Origin: a virus
Taxonomy: Duplodnaviria; Caudoviricetes
Strand: one strand, 5' to 3'
DNA length: 64,000 bases
Virus record (IMG/VR): IMGVR_UViG_3300024283_000010
Coordinates: 1 to 64,000 of that record
Position 1 is the first letter of the stretch, and every line of letters begins with the position of its first letter. This document shows, one piece after another, positions 39,896-49,582 of the stretch. The position numbers were made by a program, and so were the translations under genes. The notes under the pieces are model-generated. The model made no database searches and had not been told where the DNA came from. It saw nothing but the letters and a program-made list of their open reading frames with translations.

Positions 39896-40237
39896 CTAAA
39901 GAAGCTCTAAAAGGGCTTTTTTACCTTTTGGAGTAATGGAGTAAACGGTGTAAACTCTGAACTTATTAATAGCTGTAACGAAGTAGGATTTACCATGTTC
40001 ATAGATTAGACCAAGCTCTAAAAGCCTATTAATACTCTTATTAATTGTAAGATCATTAGTGCAATAAATTTTCTTTAAGGAGAACTTGGTATTGGCAGGA
40101 TATACATTGATAACAACTAAAAGCCTGAAGGCTATAAAGGGCCTTACAAGTTTATTATCAGGGATATATTTTCTTATGCTATTAGTGGGAGTATTGAAGA
40201 AGTCAGTTATTACCTGTGACTTATGGTCAACTGTCAT
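39896..40237 (-). CDS. Winged-helix DNA-binding protein
   Basis: 'INRLLELGLIY.......YSITPKGKKALLEL' MarR/wHTH pattern. Confidence 0.5.
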   Translation of the reverse strand: MTVDHKSQVITDFFNTPTNSIRKYIPDNKLVRPFIAFRLLVVINVYPANTKFSLKKIYCTNDLTINKSINRLLELGLIYEHGKSYFVTAINKFRVYTVYSITPKGKKALLELL

Positions 40238-40386
40238 AATAAAATAGCTTTGTTACCAACAATAGTAAAGAAAAAACTTTAAACTTTTATCACAGTACCT
40301 TTTTAAATTTATTTGAGGGTACCCGGTTATAGTGATTGCACTTTTGTACCGCGAAGCGGGGAGGGGTGTTTGTGGGTGCTAACCCA

Positions 40387-40673
40387 TACTAATAACAGTA
40401 TGAAACTTTTAATAATAAGCAGGTATACCCCTTACTAATAACAATGTAACTTGTTATAAACTAAGTAACACTTGTAATAAATTTAATGGTGTTATACCGA
40501 GTTAAAATGTTACTGATAAAAGGCGTAATAGAATGGTAAATACATGCCCCTGAAACCTATTAGGGTAAAATACTTTAAAAAAGTGGGTTTAAAGTGACGC
40601 TAAGGCTTATTATTGATTTTTTCAGGGTACAGACGTTCCACTTATTATGGAAAGACGTTCCATGTTATTAGTA
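40387..40673. repeat. Cluster of short direct and inverted repeats at the strand switch
   Basis: TACTAATAACA at 40387 and 40433, inverted at 40663-40673; AGACGTTCCA at 40631 and 40653. Confidence 0.7.
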
Positions 40674-40718
40674 ATTATTTTTACATTTGTTTGGTAGTTT
40701 AAATTACATTATTTAGAT

Positions 40719-41231
40719 TTGTATATGCCAATAGAGACTAAAGATTTTAAACTGATTAAGTATAGGTCAGGGATAATGCATAAGGGGTATTTGGATGGGA
40801 TTGACTATGTAGAATATGAGTATGAATATATTAAAGCCAGTGTAAAGTGCACAAAGCGGTATAATAATGCTTTGTGTTTATTGATGGGTATAAATGGGTG
40901 TCCGCATCACCTGATAGAGTGGCTTAGTGAGAATATGACTGATGGAGGGTATGTAAATAATAATAAGATTACAAGACGTGCCTTTATCGGGTTCCATGCT
41001 AAGTGGAAGAAAGAGGGGAATAAAGAGTACTCGGAACATGCTGTAATAAAGGCTTTTAAGAAGCTGACTGAGGAGGGCTTTTTAATATCGATAGATAAAG
41101 GCACTTATCAGATAAACCCACTCATGTACTTCGCAAATAGCGAGGAAGATAGGATTAGGTCAATTAAGTATATGATGGAGTTTAAAGCGGGTGTGGAAAC
41201 TAAGGTTACAGTTGAAATAAACAGGAAATGA
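40719..41231 (+). CDS. RepL-like winged-helix protein
   Basis: 'AFKKLTEEGFLISIDKGTYQINP..YF' C-terminal wHTH pattern. Confidence 0.5.
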   Translation: MYMPIETKDFKLIKYRSGIMHKGYLDGIDYVEYEYEYIKASVKCTKRYNNALCLLMGINGCPHHLIEWLSENMTDGGYVNNNKITRRAFIGFHAKWKKEGNKEYSEHAVIKAFKKLTEEGFLISIDKGTYQINPLMYFANSEEDRIRSIKYMMEFKAGVETKVTVEINRK

Positions 41232-41238
41232 GCAGGAA

Positions 41239-41463
41239 ATGAGCAGGATAATTATAGACAACCAAAGTGACAGAGATGACTGGTTTGCCTTGCAATTGGT
41301 CAGAAATGTACTTAAATTGGGTAAAATAAGTAATGATGGCACTCAACACTGTTATTTGTCAACGTTTATAGCTGATGATAAGTGTTATATTGTTGCCACT
41401 ATGCTTAATCGAAAATCAGAAAAATTTATAGTTTATAACGATTTAACCACCACAAACAAGTAA
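41239..41463 (+). CDS. Hypothetical protein
   Basis: 74-aa ORF. Confidence 0.5.
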   Translation: MSRIIIDNQSDRDDWFALQLVRNVLKLGKISNDGTQHCYLSTFIADDKCYIVATMLNRKSEKFIVYNDLTTTNK

Positions 41464-41741
41464 GTAGATGAAAGAAGTAAAAGTTGAATTAATTAGTCCT
41501 CCGAGTCTATTTTGGAAAATAATAACAACTGAACAATGGCAAAAAATGTCTGATAAAGATAGAAATGTACTTGTGAGTGCTGCTAAAATATTACATCATT
41601 TTTATGATTATTCAAAAGTATTTACCGTATGACCCACCACGAAAAGATAGTCAATAACCGCAAGTCATTTGTACATCATCGGGTGTTCAGTGCTTGGTTG
41701 GTGTGGAAGTGTCCCTGTTACTTTAAATCATTGAGAACGAT

Positions 41742-41990
41742 ATGAAAAGACCAAATTACAAAGAGTGGGTTAAGCTACAATGTGAACTAAGAGGACTTAA
41801 ATACTCAATAACCAACGCTGAGTTTAATACACCATTTTCACCAGATTGTATTAAGGTTTATATTGGATTTAAAGGCAGTTCAACTGAGGATATACAAATT
41901 AGAGGAAGTATTCTTTACATGTACACTACCGACAGGGTATTTTATAGGATAGCTAAGTTTCTAAATGAACACGAAATCGTTATGATATGA
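41742..41990 (+). CDS. Hypothetical protein
   Basis: 82-aa ORF. Confidence 0.45.
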   Translation: MKRPNYKEWVKLQCELRGLKYSITNAEFNTPFSPDCIKVYIGFKGSSTEDIQIRGSILYMYTTDRVFYRIAKFLNEHEIVMI

Positions 41991-42112
41991 AAAAATGGTT
42001 CAAAGAGCAGTGGCCTGCTATAGTGGCCTCACTGGGCTTCGGTGCTTTAGCTGCTATAGCCCTGATACTGGTAGTTAACCATTGGGAGTATATTAAACAT
42101 ACCTTTTGATTT

Positions 42113-42562
42113 ATGGGACGAGAAATTAAGCTTAGGGCTTGGAATGGTGAAGAAATGATTTATCAATCCAAAAATAAAGAGTACGATGATTACTATATGT
42201 TAACATTGGAAGGTAGGTTTTATGGTCATACAAGAACTGGTGATGAGTATTTTGATTTTTATGAAGATGAATTAAATAAGAAAAATTATATTCTCATGCA
42301 GTACACTGGCCTTAAAACAAAAGACGGTGCAGAAATTTATGAAGGCGATATACTTGGCGGTTATCCTCATGGTACGTCTAAAATAGTATGGGATGACAAA
42401 TACGCTTGTTGGTCAGCGCATTGGATTGAACAGCAAATTGACGAAGATGGAGGTGAATTTGATGTAGATTGTTCCTCAATGTTACATTACGAATTAGATA
42501 ACTGCAAAGATACATGGACTGTTTTAGGCAACATTTACTCAAACCCCGAACTACTAAAATGA
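42113..42562 (+). CDS. YopX family protein
   Basis: 'REIKLRAW', 'LMQYTGLK.KDG.EIYEGDIL', 'VLGNIYSNPELL'. Confidence 0.9.
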   Translation: MGREIKLRAWNGEEMIYQSKNKEYDDYYMLTLEGRFYGHTRTGDEYFDFYEDELNKKNYILMQYTGLKTKDGAEIYEGDILGGYPHGTSKIVWDDKYACWSAHWIEQQIDEDGGEFDVDCSSMLHYELDNCKDTWTVLGNIYSNPELLK

Positions 42563-42716
42563 GAGGTATGAAACCAAGAAAACCACCACTTGAAGTGGAT
42601 ACAGGTGGCCCATATTTCAACACCGCTAAAGACCGTGACCTATGGATAGAACGCTTTACTAAGGGTGGTAAAGTTAAAGTATATAACTCATTAAGTGACT
42701 TCAAAAATAGAAAATC

Positions 42717-43085
42717 ATGACTGAAAAATCAAGCGAAGAATTATTAAATGATTTAATTAAATCAATCAAGTGCGACACTAATCTTATCTCAGATGGCTAC
42801 CACACTTTTGGCGAACTATACGAGCATAGGATAGTTATTTACATCGCTTTATGCCGATTTTACTACGAAGCAGGCGGTAATGTATGGAAATCTAAAAAAC
42901 ACTCTGATGGCTCTGAATGGGATAGTTGGTTTTTACTTGGTATAAACAGAAAGACAGGCACTCAAATTACTTACCATTTACCAATATCAAAATGGGATGA
43001 ATGTAAATTTCAGGAGTTTGAACAAGCCCCTAAATACGATGGGCATACAAGTGCTGATGTTTTAAAAAGAATAAGTGAATTATAA
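42717..43085 (+). CDS. Conserved phage hypothetical protein
   Basis: 'SDGYHTF.ELY.HR', 'WKSKKH.DG', 'QITYHLP', 'YDGHT..DV..R'. Confidence 0.75.
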   Translation: MTEKSSEELLNDLIKSIKCDTNLISDGYHTFGELYEHRIVIYIALCRFYYEAGGNVWKSKKHSDGSEWDSWFLLGINRKTGTQITYHLPISKWDECKFQEFEQAPKYDGHTSADVLKRISEL

Positions 43086-43090
43086 CCACG

Positions 43091-43516
43091 ATGCAAACCT
43101 ATAACCTAACCAAAGAGGGAGACGTTTTAAAAGGCAACAGGGCTTTATATGAGGCACTAAAATCTTTACCCGATGGTAAATGGGTCGTAACTATTGCTAA
43201 AGCTAAGAAGAAGCGTAGTAACAACCAGAACGCATATTACCACGGAATTATTATCAACGAAGTGAGGCAAGGGCTAATAGGTATGGGCTTTGAACAGCAC
43301 CTACTTGACCATGATACCATTCACGAGATGTTAAAGGCGAAGTTTCTTCGGAAAGATATTTACAATGAACACGGTGAGTTTGTGGAGATCGTGCAGTCAA
43401 CTGCAAGTCTTAGCACAACCGAATTTATGGATTTTATAGCGGATATACAACGCTGGGCGGCAGAATTTTTGGGGATTATAATTTTAGACCCAAATGAACA
43501 GGCAGAAATGTTTTAA
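43091..43516 (+). CDS. NinB/YbcN-like recombination protein
   Basis: 'KRSNNQNAYYHG', 'STASLST.EF..FI..IQRWAAE.LGI'. Confidence 0.7.
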   Translation: MQTYNLTKEGDVLKGNRALYEALKSLPDGKWVVTIAKAKKKRSNNQNAYYHGIIINEVRQGLIGMGFEQHLLDHDTIHEMLKAKFLRKDIYNEHGEFVEIVQSTASLSTTEFMDFIADIQRWAAEFLGIIILDPNEQAEMF

Positions 43517-43567
43517 ATATTTATCAACATACTTGTACAGTGTCCAATTTATACTTATATTTGATTA

Positions 43568-43738
43568 ATGAACGAGTCACAATTACCACCATTAAAGGTT
43601 GATAGGACGAAACTTATCACCCAAGCAGAATACGCAAGGCGAAACAACCTGATACGTCAGCGCGTAAACGACCTTGTTAAAGCAAAAAAAGTTAATACAG
43701 TTGAAATTTTAGGCGGTGTGTTAATTTTATTGGATTAA
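43568..43738 (+). CDS. Small HTH protein (56 aa)
   Basis: Read manually: 'LITQAEYARRNNLIRQRVNDLVK'; TATATTTG at 43556-43563 upstream. Confidence 0.55.
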   Translation: MNESQLPPLKVDRTKLITQAEYARRNNLIRQRVNDLVKAKKVNTVEILGGVLILLD

Positions 43739-43794
43739 CCCGTGTTTTGTCGGCTTTAAACTTTGTTATAATGTCCAAACTAATTTATTAAAAT

Positions 43795-44292
43795 ATGACA
43801 ACCAAAACAACTTATCAAGACAAATTAAAAGACCCTCGTTGGCAAAAGAAAAGACTTAAAATTTTAGAGCGTGACAATTTTGCTTGTCAAAGATGTAGCG
43901 ACACTACTTCGTTTTTGCACATACATCATTTAAAATACGGAAAAGAACCATGGGATGTATCCGATGATGATCTTGTTACTCTTTGTGAATGTTGTCATTT
44001 CATGGTTGAAAAACTACAAAATGAAGGTAATGAGATTGAAAAGATAATAAGGGTTGAATATCCAAATGATAACGCCGTTGCTTATAATGTCTATAGGTTT
44101 AATGAAAATGGAGATATAATTCATTGTTTTGTTAAGTTTAAGGATGAAAATATCAGACATGAGTATTCTATTAGGCGAATTACAATGGAAACACATATTA
44201 AAAATTTTCAATCTATAGACAATGAGCGACAAGAATGGATGGGTTCTTCTTTACAGGCAAATCCAAGATCATTGGATTTGGAAGGATGCTAA
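43795..44292 (+). CDS. HNH endonuclease (McrA-like, CxxC)
   Basis: 'DPRWQKKRL.ILERD.F.CQ.C...LH.HH..Y...LVTLCECCH'. Confidence 0.8.
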   Translation: MTTKTTYQDKLKDPRWQKKRLKILERDNFACQRCSDTTSFLHIHHLKYGKEPWDVSDDDLVTLCECCHFMVEKLQNEGNEIEKIIRVEYPNDNAVAYNVYRFNENGDIIHCFVKFKDENIRHEYSIRRITMETHIKNFQSIDNERQEWMGSSLQANPRSLDLEGC

Positions 44293-44956
44293 TAAATTTA
44301 AATGGTGGATAGATATGATACTTACAGTGAATAACACGCCTAATAAAGTTACCATTGGTAATGAGATTTTTGAGTGTGGTAGGGGTGAAAGTTTACTTAG
44401 TATTCAGTCTTGGGCTAATAGATGGGGAGTATCAAAAGATACCGCACGAAACTTCTTTACATTACTTGAAAAGGATAAAATGATTACCCGTGTAAATATT
44501 GGGAAAAGCACACGGTTAACTATTTGTAACTATGATAGTTATCAGACACCTTTACACGTAAATCGTACGACTGCCGTACGGACACACGACACTAACAAAG
44601 AAGATAAGAATGAAAATAATAGAGTTAATAAATTAACTCTTGGCGAGAAGGAGCTTTTTTTCATAAAATTATTTAACGAACTAACTGGTAGAAATTTTAA
44701 AACACTTGACCAAAAAACAATAAAACAATTCAATGATATTTTAAAAGACAACTATAAAAGTTCTGATTTTAAAAAAGCTATTTCAATTGCTCTTGTTGAA
44801 ATGACTGAAAGAGGTAGGCAAGGATATTTAACGCCTGAATTTATAACACGACCTATAGAATTTGCTAAGTACGTAAACATGCAACAAAACTCTTATTCCT
44901 CTCCCGTAAATGTGGCGCGGAAAGTTATTGACCATAGAAACCTACCTACATCATGA
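44222..44956 (+). CDS. Phage replication initiator (lambda O/DnaD-like)
   Basis: 'GWVLLYRQIQDHWIW', wHTH 'LANRWGVSK.TAR.F...LEKD.MI', low-complexity linker, C-terminal 'YLTPEFITRP.EF.KY'; directly before DnaB. Confidence 0.75.
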   Translation: MSDKNGWVLLYRQIQDHWIWKDANKFKWWIDMILTVNNTPNKVTIGNEIFECGRGESLLSIQSWANRWGVSKDTARNFFTLLEKDKMITRVNIGKSTRLTICNYDSYQTPLHVNRTTAVRTHDTNKEDKNENNRVNKLTLGEKELFFIKLFNELTGRNFKTLDQKTIKQFNDILKDNYKSSDFKKAISIALVEMTERGRQGYLTPEFITRPIEFAKYVNMQQNSYSSPVNVARKVIDHRNLPTS

Positions 44957-46419
44957 TATTAGAAAACGACAGCCCATACAACAAGCCAGTTACGAACGAA
45001 AGAAGAAGTCGTATAACTAATCCTACGCCTTACGGTGGCTTGGGCAAACTTCCTCCGCAGGCTGTAGATTTAGAAGAAGCTGTGCTTGGTGCGGTAATGC
45101 TTGAAAAAAATTCAATATTCGAAGTGATGACGATATTGAAGACCGAATGTTTTTATAAAGACAACCACCAAAAAATATTCAACTCCATAAAACTGCTTTA
45201 TGAAGCGAAGTCGCCAATTGATATTTTAACCGTAACGGCACAGTTGAGAAAACAGGGTGAACTGGATATGATAGGAGGTGCGTACTATATTACCGAATTA
45301 ACAAGCAGGGTTAGTTCGGCTGCGAATGTGAAGTATCATTCCATGATTATTTATCAGAAGTTTTTACAGCGTGAATTAATACGCATAGGAACGGAGACTA
45401 TCAATGATGCTTATGAAGACACCACCGATGTTTTTGAATTGATAGAGAAAAACCAAAACTCAACTTACTCACTAATGGCAAACATGAATGGTAAGGATAT
45501 AAAGAATATTGGCGACTTAGGAAGAAGCAGGTTGTTAGATTATAAAAAGGTATCGATAAATGGTTTGACAGGTCTTGGCTCAGGGTTTAAATCAATAGAT
45601 AGTATCACCGGGGGTTGGCAGAAGAAAGACTTGATAATCATAGCTGCCCGTCCGGCAATGGGTAAAACAGCGTTCGCCTTACAGGTGGCAAAAAACGCGG
45701 CTATACAGCATGGTTGCGCAGTTGGGGTGTTCTCATTGGAGATGAGTGAAAATCAGTTAACAGACAGGCTTATTTCAAGTGAGACAGGTATTTATCAGGA
45801 TAAATTACTCAAGAGGCAATTGAATCAGTATGATTTTAACCAATTGGAGAATAGTACGGTTAACTTATTTAATTCAAAAATATTTATTGACGATACCGCT
45901 TCGCTTTCCTTAAATATACTTAGGAGTAAAGCGGTCAGGCTTAAACAACTTCACAATATAGGGTTGATCGTAATTGACTATTTGCAGTTGATGGATGGCG
46001 CTAAGGACAATAAAAACGGCAATAGGGAACAAGAGATAAGCAAGATAAGTAGGGGACTTAAAGGATTGGCAAAGGATTTAGATATTCCGGTAATAGCCCT
46101 TTCACAATTGAGTCGTGAAGTAGAAAAGAGAGCAGGAAATTCAAAACGTCCGATGCTTTCAGATTTGAGGGAGTCAGGTTCGATAGAGCAGGATGCTGAT
46201 AGTGTCTTATTCCTGTACAGGCCGGAGTATTACGGTATAAGTGAAACTGAAACAGGAGAAAGCACTTTAGGTATGTGCGAAATCATTTTTGCAAAGAACA
46301 GGAGTGGTATTTGCGACACGGCGAACCTTATTTTTAATGGTTCGGTTATGAAATTTTTTGATCGTAATATAAACGAGATACCAACTAACGATAACTTTTT
46401 TGTTCAATCAGAACGATAA
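44953..46419 (+). CDS. dnaB: Replicative DNA helicase
   Basis: 'LPPQAVDLEEAVLG', Walker A 'AARPAMGKT', 'IVIDYLQLM', 'LSQLSR.VE', 'LSDLRESGSIEQDAD'. Confidence 0.97.
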   Translation: MILENDSPYNKPVTNERRSRITNPTPYGGLGKLPPQAVDLEEAVLGAVMLEKNSIFEVMTILKTECFYKDNHQKIFNSIKLLYEAKSPIDILTVTAQLRKQGELDMIGGAYYITELTSRVSSAANVKYHSMIIYQKFLQRELIRIGTETINDAYEDTTDVFELIEKNQNSTYSLMANMNGKDIKNIGDLGRSRLLDYKKVSINGLTGLGSGFKSIDSITGGWQKKDLIIIAARPAMGKTAFALQVAKNAAIQHGCAVGVFSLEMSENQLTDRLISSETGIYQDKLLKRQLNQYDFNQLENSTVNLFNSKIFIDDTASLSLNILRSKAVRLKQLHNIGLIVIDYLQLMDGAKDNKNGNREQEISKISRGLKGLAKDLDIPVIALSQLSREVEKRAGNSKRPMLSDLRESGSIEQDADSVLFLYRPEYYGISETETGESTLGMCEIIFAKNRSGICDTANLIFNGSVMKFFDRNINEIPTNDNFFVQSER

Positions 46420-46730
46420 TGAGCCACTATGTTTACCTAATTAGCGATTATTCGCATAAACACATTCACGCAGGTTATTGCGATGATGTGGTGAAAATGA
46501 TAGAGTTTTATCAGTTTTTTTCGGATACCTCTTTACATTACCCAATCGATAAATATCTTAACAGATTAGTTTATTGTGAAAAAGTATGGACTGAGGGACA
46601 AGCAATAGACAGGGTCACCTATTTTACGTTTATGCCATTGAAAGTTAGGATAGAACAAATATTAGCGGCAAACCCTGATTGGGATGATTTATCAAATGAC
46701 GAAGGATTATTATCCTTTTTAACCAATTAA
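46419..46730 (+). CDS. Degenerate GIY-YIG-like protein
   Basis: 'HYVYLI......HAGYCDD....LVYCE.......A..R' aligns with short GIY-YIG proteins but lacks YIG and the conserved Arg. Confidence 0.45.
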   Translation: MSHYVYLISDYSHKHIHAGYCDDVVKMIEFYQFFSDTSLHYPIDKYLNRLVYCEKVWTEGQAIDRVTYFTFMPLKVRIEQILAANPDWDDLSNDEGLLSFLTN

Positions 46731-46764
46731 CCAAAGAGAAGAAGCACAACCACCTTTTTAAAAA

Positions 46765-46953
46765 ATGACAACAACAGAAACAATAGCTAAACTAAAGAGC
46801 ATAGAACCCGGTAAATGGTTCAGCGTAGTAAACAGGGATGGGGATGACTTAACTCAGCTGATTAAAGATTTGATAGATGATTATCATCACTTCGAATTTA
46901 GCGATGACTGGACACGGTTTAAACTTATAGAAGTACCCCAATCGTGGCGATAG
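46765..46953 (+). CDS. Hypothetical protein
   Basis: 62-aa ORF. Confidence 0.5.
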   Translation: MTTTETIAKLKSIEPGKWFSVVNRDGDDLTQLIKDLIDDYHHFEFSDDWTRFKLIEVPQSWR

Positions 46954-47219
46954 ACCTATCTAATTTGGGTTGTGAGCGATTATTTTGTAAAAATAGTATC
47001 TATGTATGGTTGGAAATAAAAGTTTATTGTATGGTCTAAAAATAGCGTCAAAATAATATTTGATAATTAGTAAATAGTTTTTTACTTTTACAGAAGCGAA
47101 ACTATAGTTAAAAACAACATGAAGAAAACAATATTTAAAATTTCGGGTGGGCAATTCATGTTAGGCTATAGCTTCGCTGCATTTCTTTTCATGGCCTGCC
47201 CGTTAATTTTTTTGAAATC

Positions 47220-47414
47220 ATGAATATGTTTGACCAAAATAGTGATGATAAATGGGTTAAAGCTATGTTTAAGAAATTCAATAGTCAACCTTTTAAAATC
47301 AGGCCATCTAAATTTGAATGCGTTAAGATTGCTGCTACTTTACCAAATAAAAACTTAACTGAACTAATGGATAACACTAATAAAATTATGAAGTGGTTGG
47401 AGGAGGAAATATAA
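47220..47414 (+). CDS. Hypothetical protein
   Basis: 64-aa ORF. Confidence 0.45.
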   Translation: MNMFDQNSDDKWVKAMFKKFNSQPFKIRPSKFECVKIAATLPNKNLTELMDNTNKIMKWLEEEI

Positions 47415-48187
47415 TGGCTTTGATTGTGATGGCTGTGTTCGATACAGAAGAAAATGGACGGTCTGAATATACTGAAAGAACTATTCGCTCACTGGCAAAT
47501 ACAGTTGATTTTAGCAAACACAGGCTGATTGTGGTAGATAATGCTTCATGTAACAGGACAAAAGAGTTTTTACACGAATGCATGTCATGGGGTTATATAT
47601 CGCTGATTACCAGCCCAGAAAATTTAGGAACAGCTAAAGCCATTAATCAAGGTTTAAAGCTAAGGCAACCAAACGAGTACTGCGTGAAAATTGATAATGA
47701 CGTAGTTATCCATCAGTCAGGATGGGTTGATGAAATGGAAGAAGTGATCGAACGCAATAATTTAATTGGCATAGTCGGATTAAAGCGTAAGGACATAAAT
47801 TTTGATGCCAATAATGCCGATCCATCATACCGAAGCGAATTAGTTCAACTGTCACATCAGCCGGGACAAACGTGGATAACAGTTGAAAAAGGGCCTTCGA
47901 TAATGGGGACTTGTACGATGTTTAATTGGCGGTTGTTAGATAAAATAGGGGGCATGAAGCAATTGGGCTTGTATGGTTTTGATGATTCACTGTTTAGCCT
48001 GCGTTCTAATTTAGCCGGTTTCTGGAACTGTTATCTCCCGCACATTGTCATAGAGCATTTAGATGACGGGAGTAACGGGTATACACAAGTTAAGCAGAAA
48101 CAGGCAGGTGAAGTTTGGGATAAATATCATCAAATGCACGCAGAATATATCAGTGGACAACGGCCACTTTGGGAGGATTTTGAATGA
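47414..48187 (+). CDS. Glycosyltransferase family 2
   Basis: 'LIVVDNAS', 'ENLGTAKAINQGL', 'VKIDNDV' (DxD), 'GFDDSLF..R...AGF'. Confidence 0.85.
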   Translation: MALIVMAVFDTEENGRSEYTERTIRSLANTVDFSKHRLIVVDNASCNRTKEFLHECMSWGYISLITSPENLGTAKAINQGLKLRQPNEYCVKIDNDVVIHQSGWVDEMEEVIERNNLIGIVGLKRKDINFDANNADPSYRSELVQLSHQPGQTWITVEKGPSIMGTCTMFNWRLLDKIGGMKQLGLYGFDDSLFSLRSNLAGFWNCYLPHIVIEHLDDGSNGYTQVKQKQAGEVWDKYHQMHAEYISGQRPLWEDFE

Positions 48188-48951
48188 GCGAAAACACTGT
48201 GATTTATGGGCCAAAGTTTCCAACCATATTTGATATTAGGGGTACAAATGACTTTTTAATGGTTATGAATTCTACTCAAATATTTAGAGGTGTTTATAGA
48301 ATAGTTAATCCTAAAAATAGGGTGTATATAGGTCAAAGTACTAACATAAGAAAAAGGTGGAATTGTTACAAAAGATTAAAATGTGAAGGTCAGAAACTTC
48401 TTTTTAAATCTTTAAAAAAATATGGTGTGGAAAACCATCTATTTCAAATAGTCACAATTTCTTCTTTATCGTGCTTGGATGACGCAGAAGAAATGTGGGG
48501 TATCGCACATGATAGTTTAAATCCTGAAAAGGGACTTAATTCATCTCTTAGGAAAACGAGACAAATATTTTCAGAAGAAACAAGAAAGAAGATAAGTGAT
48601 AAGAGGAAATTACAGATTTTGCCGCAACATACTTTGGATGCTTTGAAAGAAGCGAGTAGAAGGCAAGTATATACTCCTGAAAGAAATAAAAAAATCTCAA
48701 TAGGTAATAAAGGAAAGAAGTCATGGTGTAAAGGCTTAAAATTATCAGATTCTCAAATGGATGCGAGATTTAAAAATCAATATAAATCAGTTAATCAGTA
48801 TTCTAAAGATGGAACTTTTATAAAAAATTGGAAAAGTATAGTTGAAGCAAGTAGGGCTTTAGGTATAAAAAATAGGGGGAATATTTCGGCAGCATGTAAT
48901 GGAATCATAAGTAAAACTGCAAGGGGTTATATTTGGAAATATGCGAATTAA
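48184..48951 (+). CDS. GIY-YIG homing endonuclease with NUMOD-type C-terminus
   Basis: 'GVYRI....RVYIGQS.NI.KRW..Y'; C-terminal 'VNQYSKDG.FIK.W.SI.EA.RALG...NIS..CNG....A.GYIWKY'. Confidence 0.88.
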   Translation: MSENTVIYGPKFPTIFDIRGTNDFLMVMNSTQIFRGVYRIVNPKNRVYIGQSTNIRKRWNCYKRLKCEGQKLLFKSLKKYGVENHLFQIVTISSLSCLDDAEEMWGIAHDSLNPEKGLNSSLRKTRQIFSEETRKKISDKRKLQILPQHTLDALKEASRRQVYTPERNKKISIGNKGKKSWCKGLKLSDSQMDARFKNQYKSVNQYSKDGTFIKNWKSIVEASRALGIKNRGNISAACNGIISKTARGYIWKYAN

Positions 48952-49582
48952 GTTAATAACAACAGCTTCTGATTTAAGTCATCCGGGATGGCTTAATTTA
49001 AAAAAATCATTAGATAAATTTGGGTGGGACTACGAGGTTTTAAACACTGATTATGTTGCATTTGGAACCAAAATGGTTAATGCATATCATTTTGCAAAAA
49101 ATAATAATTATACTCATTTATTTATTATTGACGCATATGATGTAATTGCTTTGGGTACAATGGAAGAAGCATTAAGTAGAATTAAAAATCATAATTGTTT
49201 ATTGTGGAATTCGGAGCGAAATGCATGGCCATATGAACAGTGGGCTATGTTATACCCGGATGCTCGAAGTAGCTTTAAATATCTCAACGGTGGTATGGCT
49301 TTCGTTGAAGTAGAACGCTTTTGCCGAATGTTTGAAGAAAATCCAATCACTGTACACGATAATGACCAAGTGGTATTGGGAAAGACGTTTTTAACTCGTG
49401 GCGCAGAGTATGACATGAAGTTAGATACACGATGTTCAATATTCCAAACATTGTGTTCAACTAATTGGGATGAGTTTGAATTTTTGGGTGAATTGGTTAG
49501 AAATAAAGAAACGAATACTGTGCCTGTGTTATTTCATGGGAACGGCCTGCACCCAATGGATAAATTAATTGAACTTATATGA
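48941..49582 (+). CDS. PLOD-type glycosyltransferase domain protein
   Basis: 'FIIDAYDV', 'WNSERNAWP', 'YLNGGM', 'DNDQ', 'LDT..SIFQ', 'PVLFHGNG' match the lysyl-hydroxylase GT domain. Confidence 0.75.
   Translation: MRIKLITTASDLSHPGWLNLKKSLDKFGWDYEVLNTDYVAFGTKMVNAYHFAKNNNYTHLFIIDAYDVIALGTMEEALSRIKNHNCLLWNSERNAWPYEQWAMLYPDARSSFKYLNGGMAFVEVERFCRMFEENPITVHDNDQVVLGKTFLTRGAEYDMKLDTRCSIFQTLCSTNWDEFEFLGELVRNKETNTVPVLFHGNGLHPMDKLIELI

Noticed and set aside
41222-41248. 11-bp tandem duplication CAGGAAATGAG at a gene junction
   Set aside because: It is a simple stop/start overlap duplication with no transposase or inverted repeats nearby.
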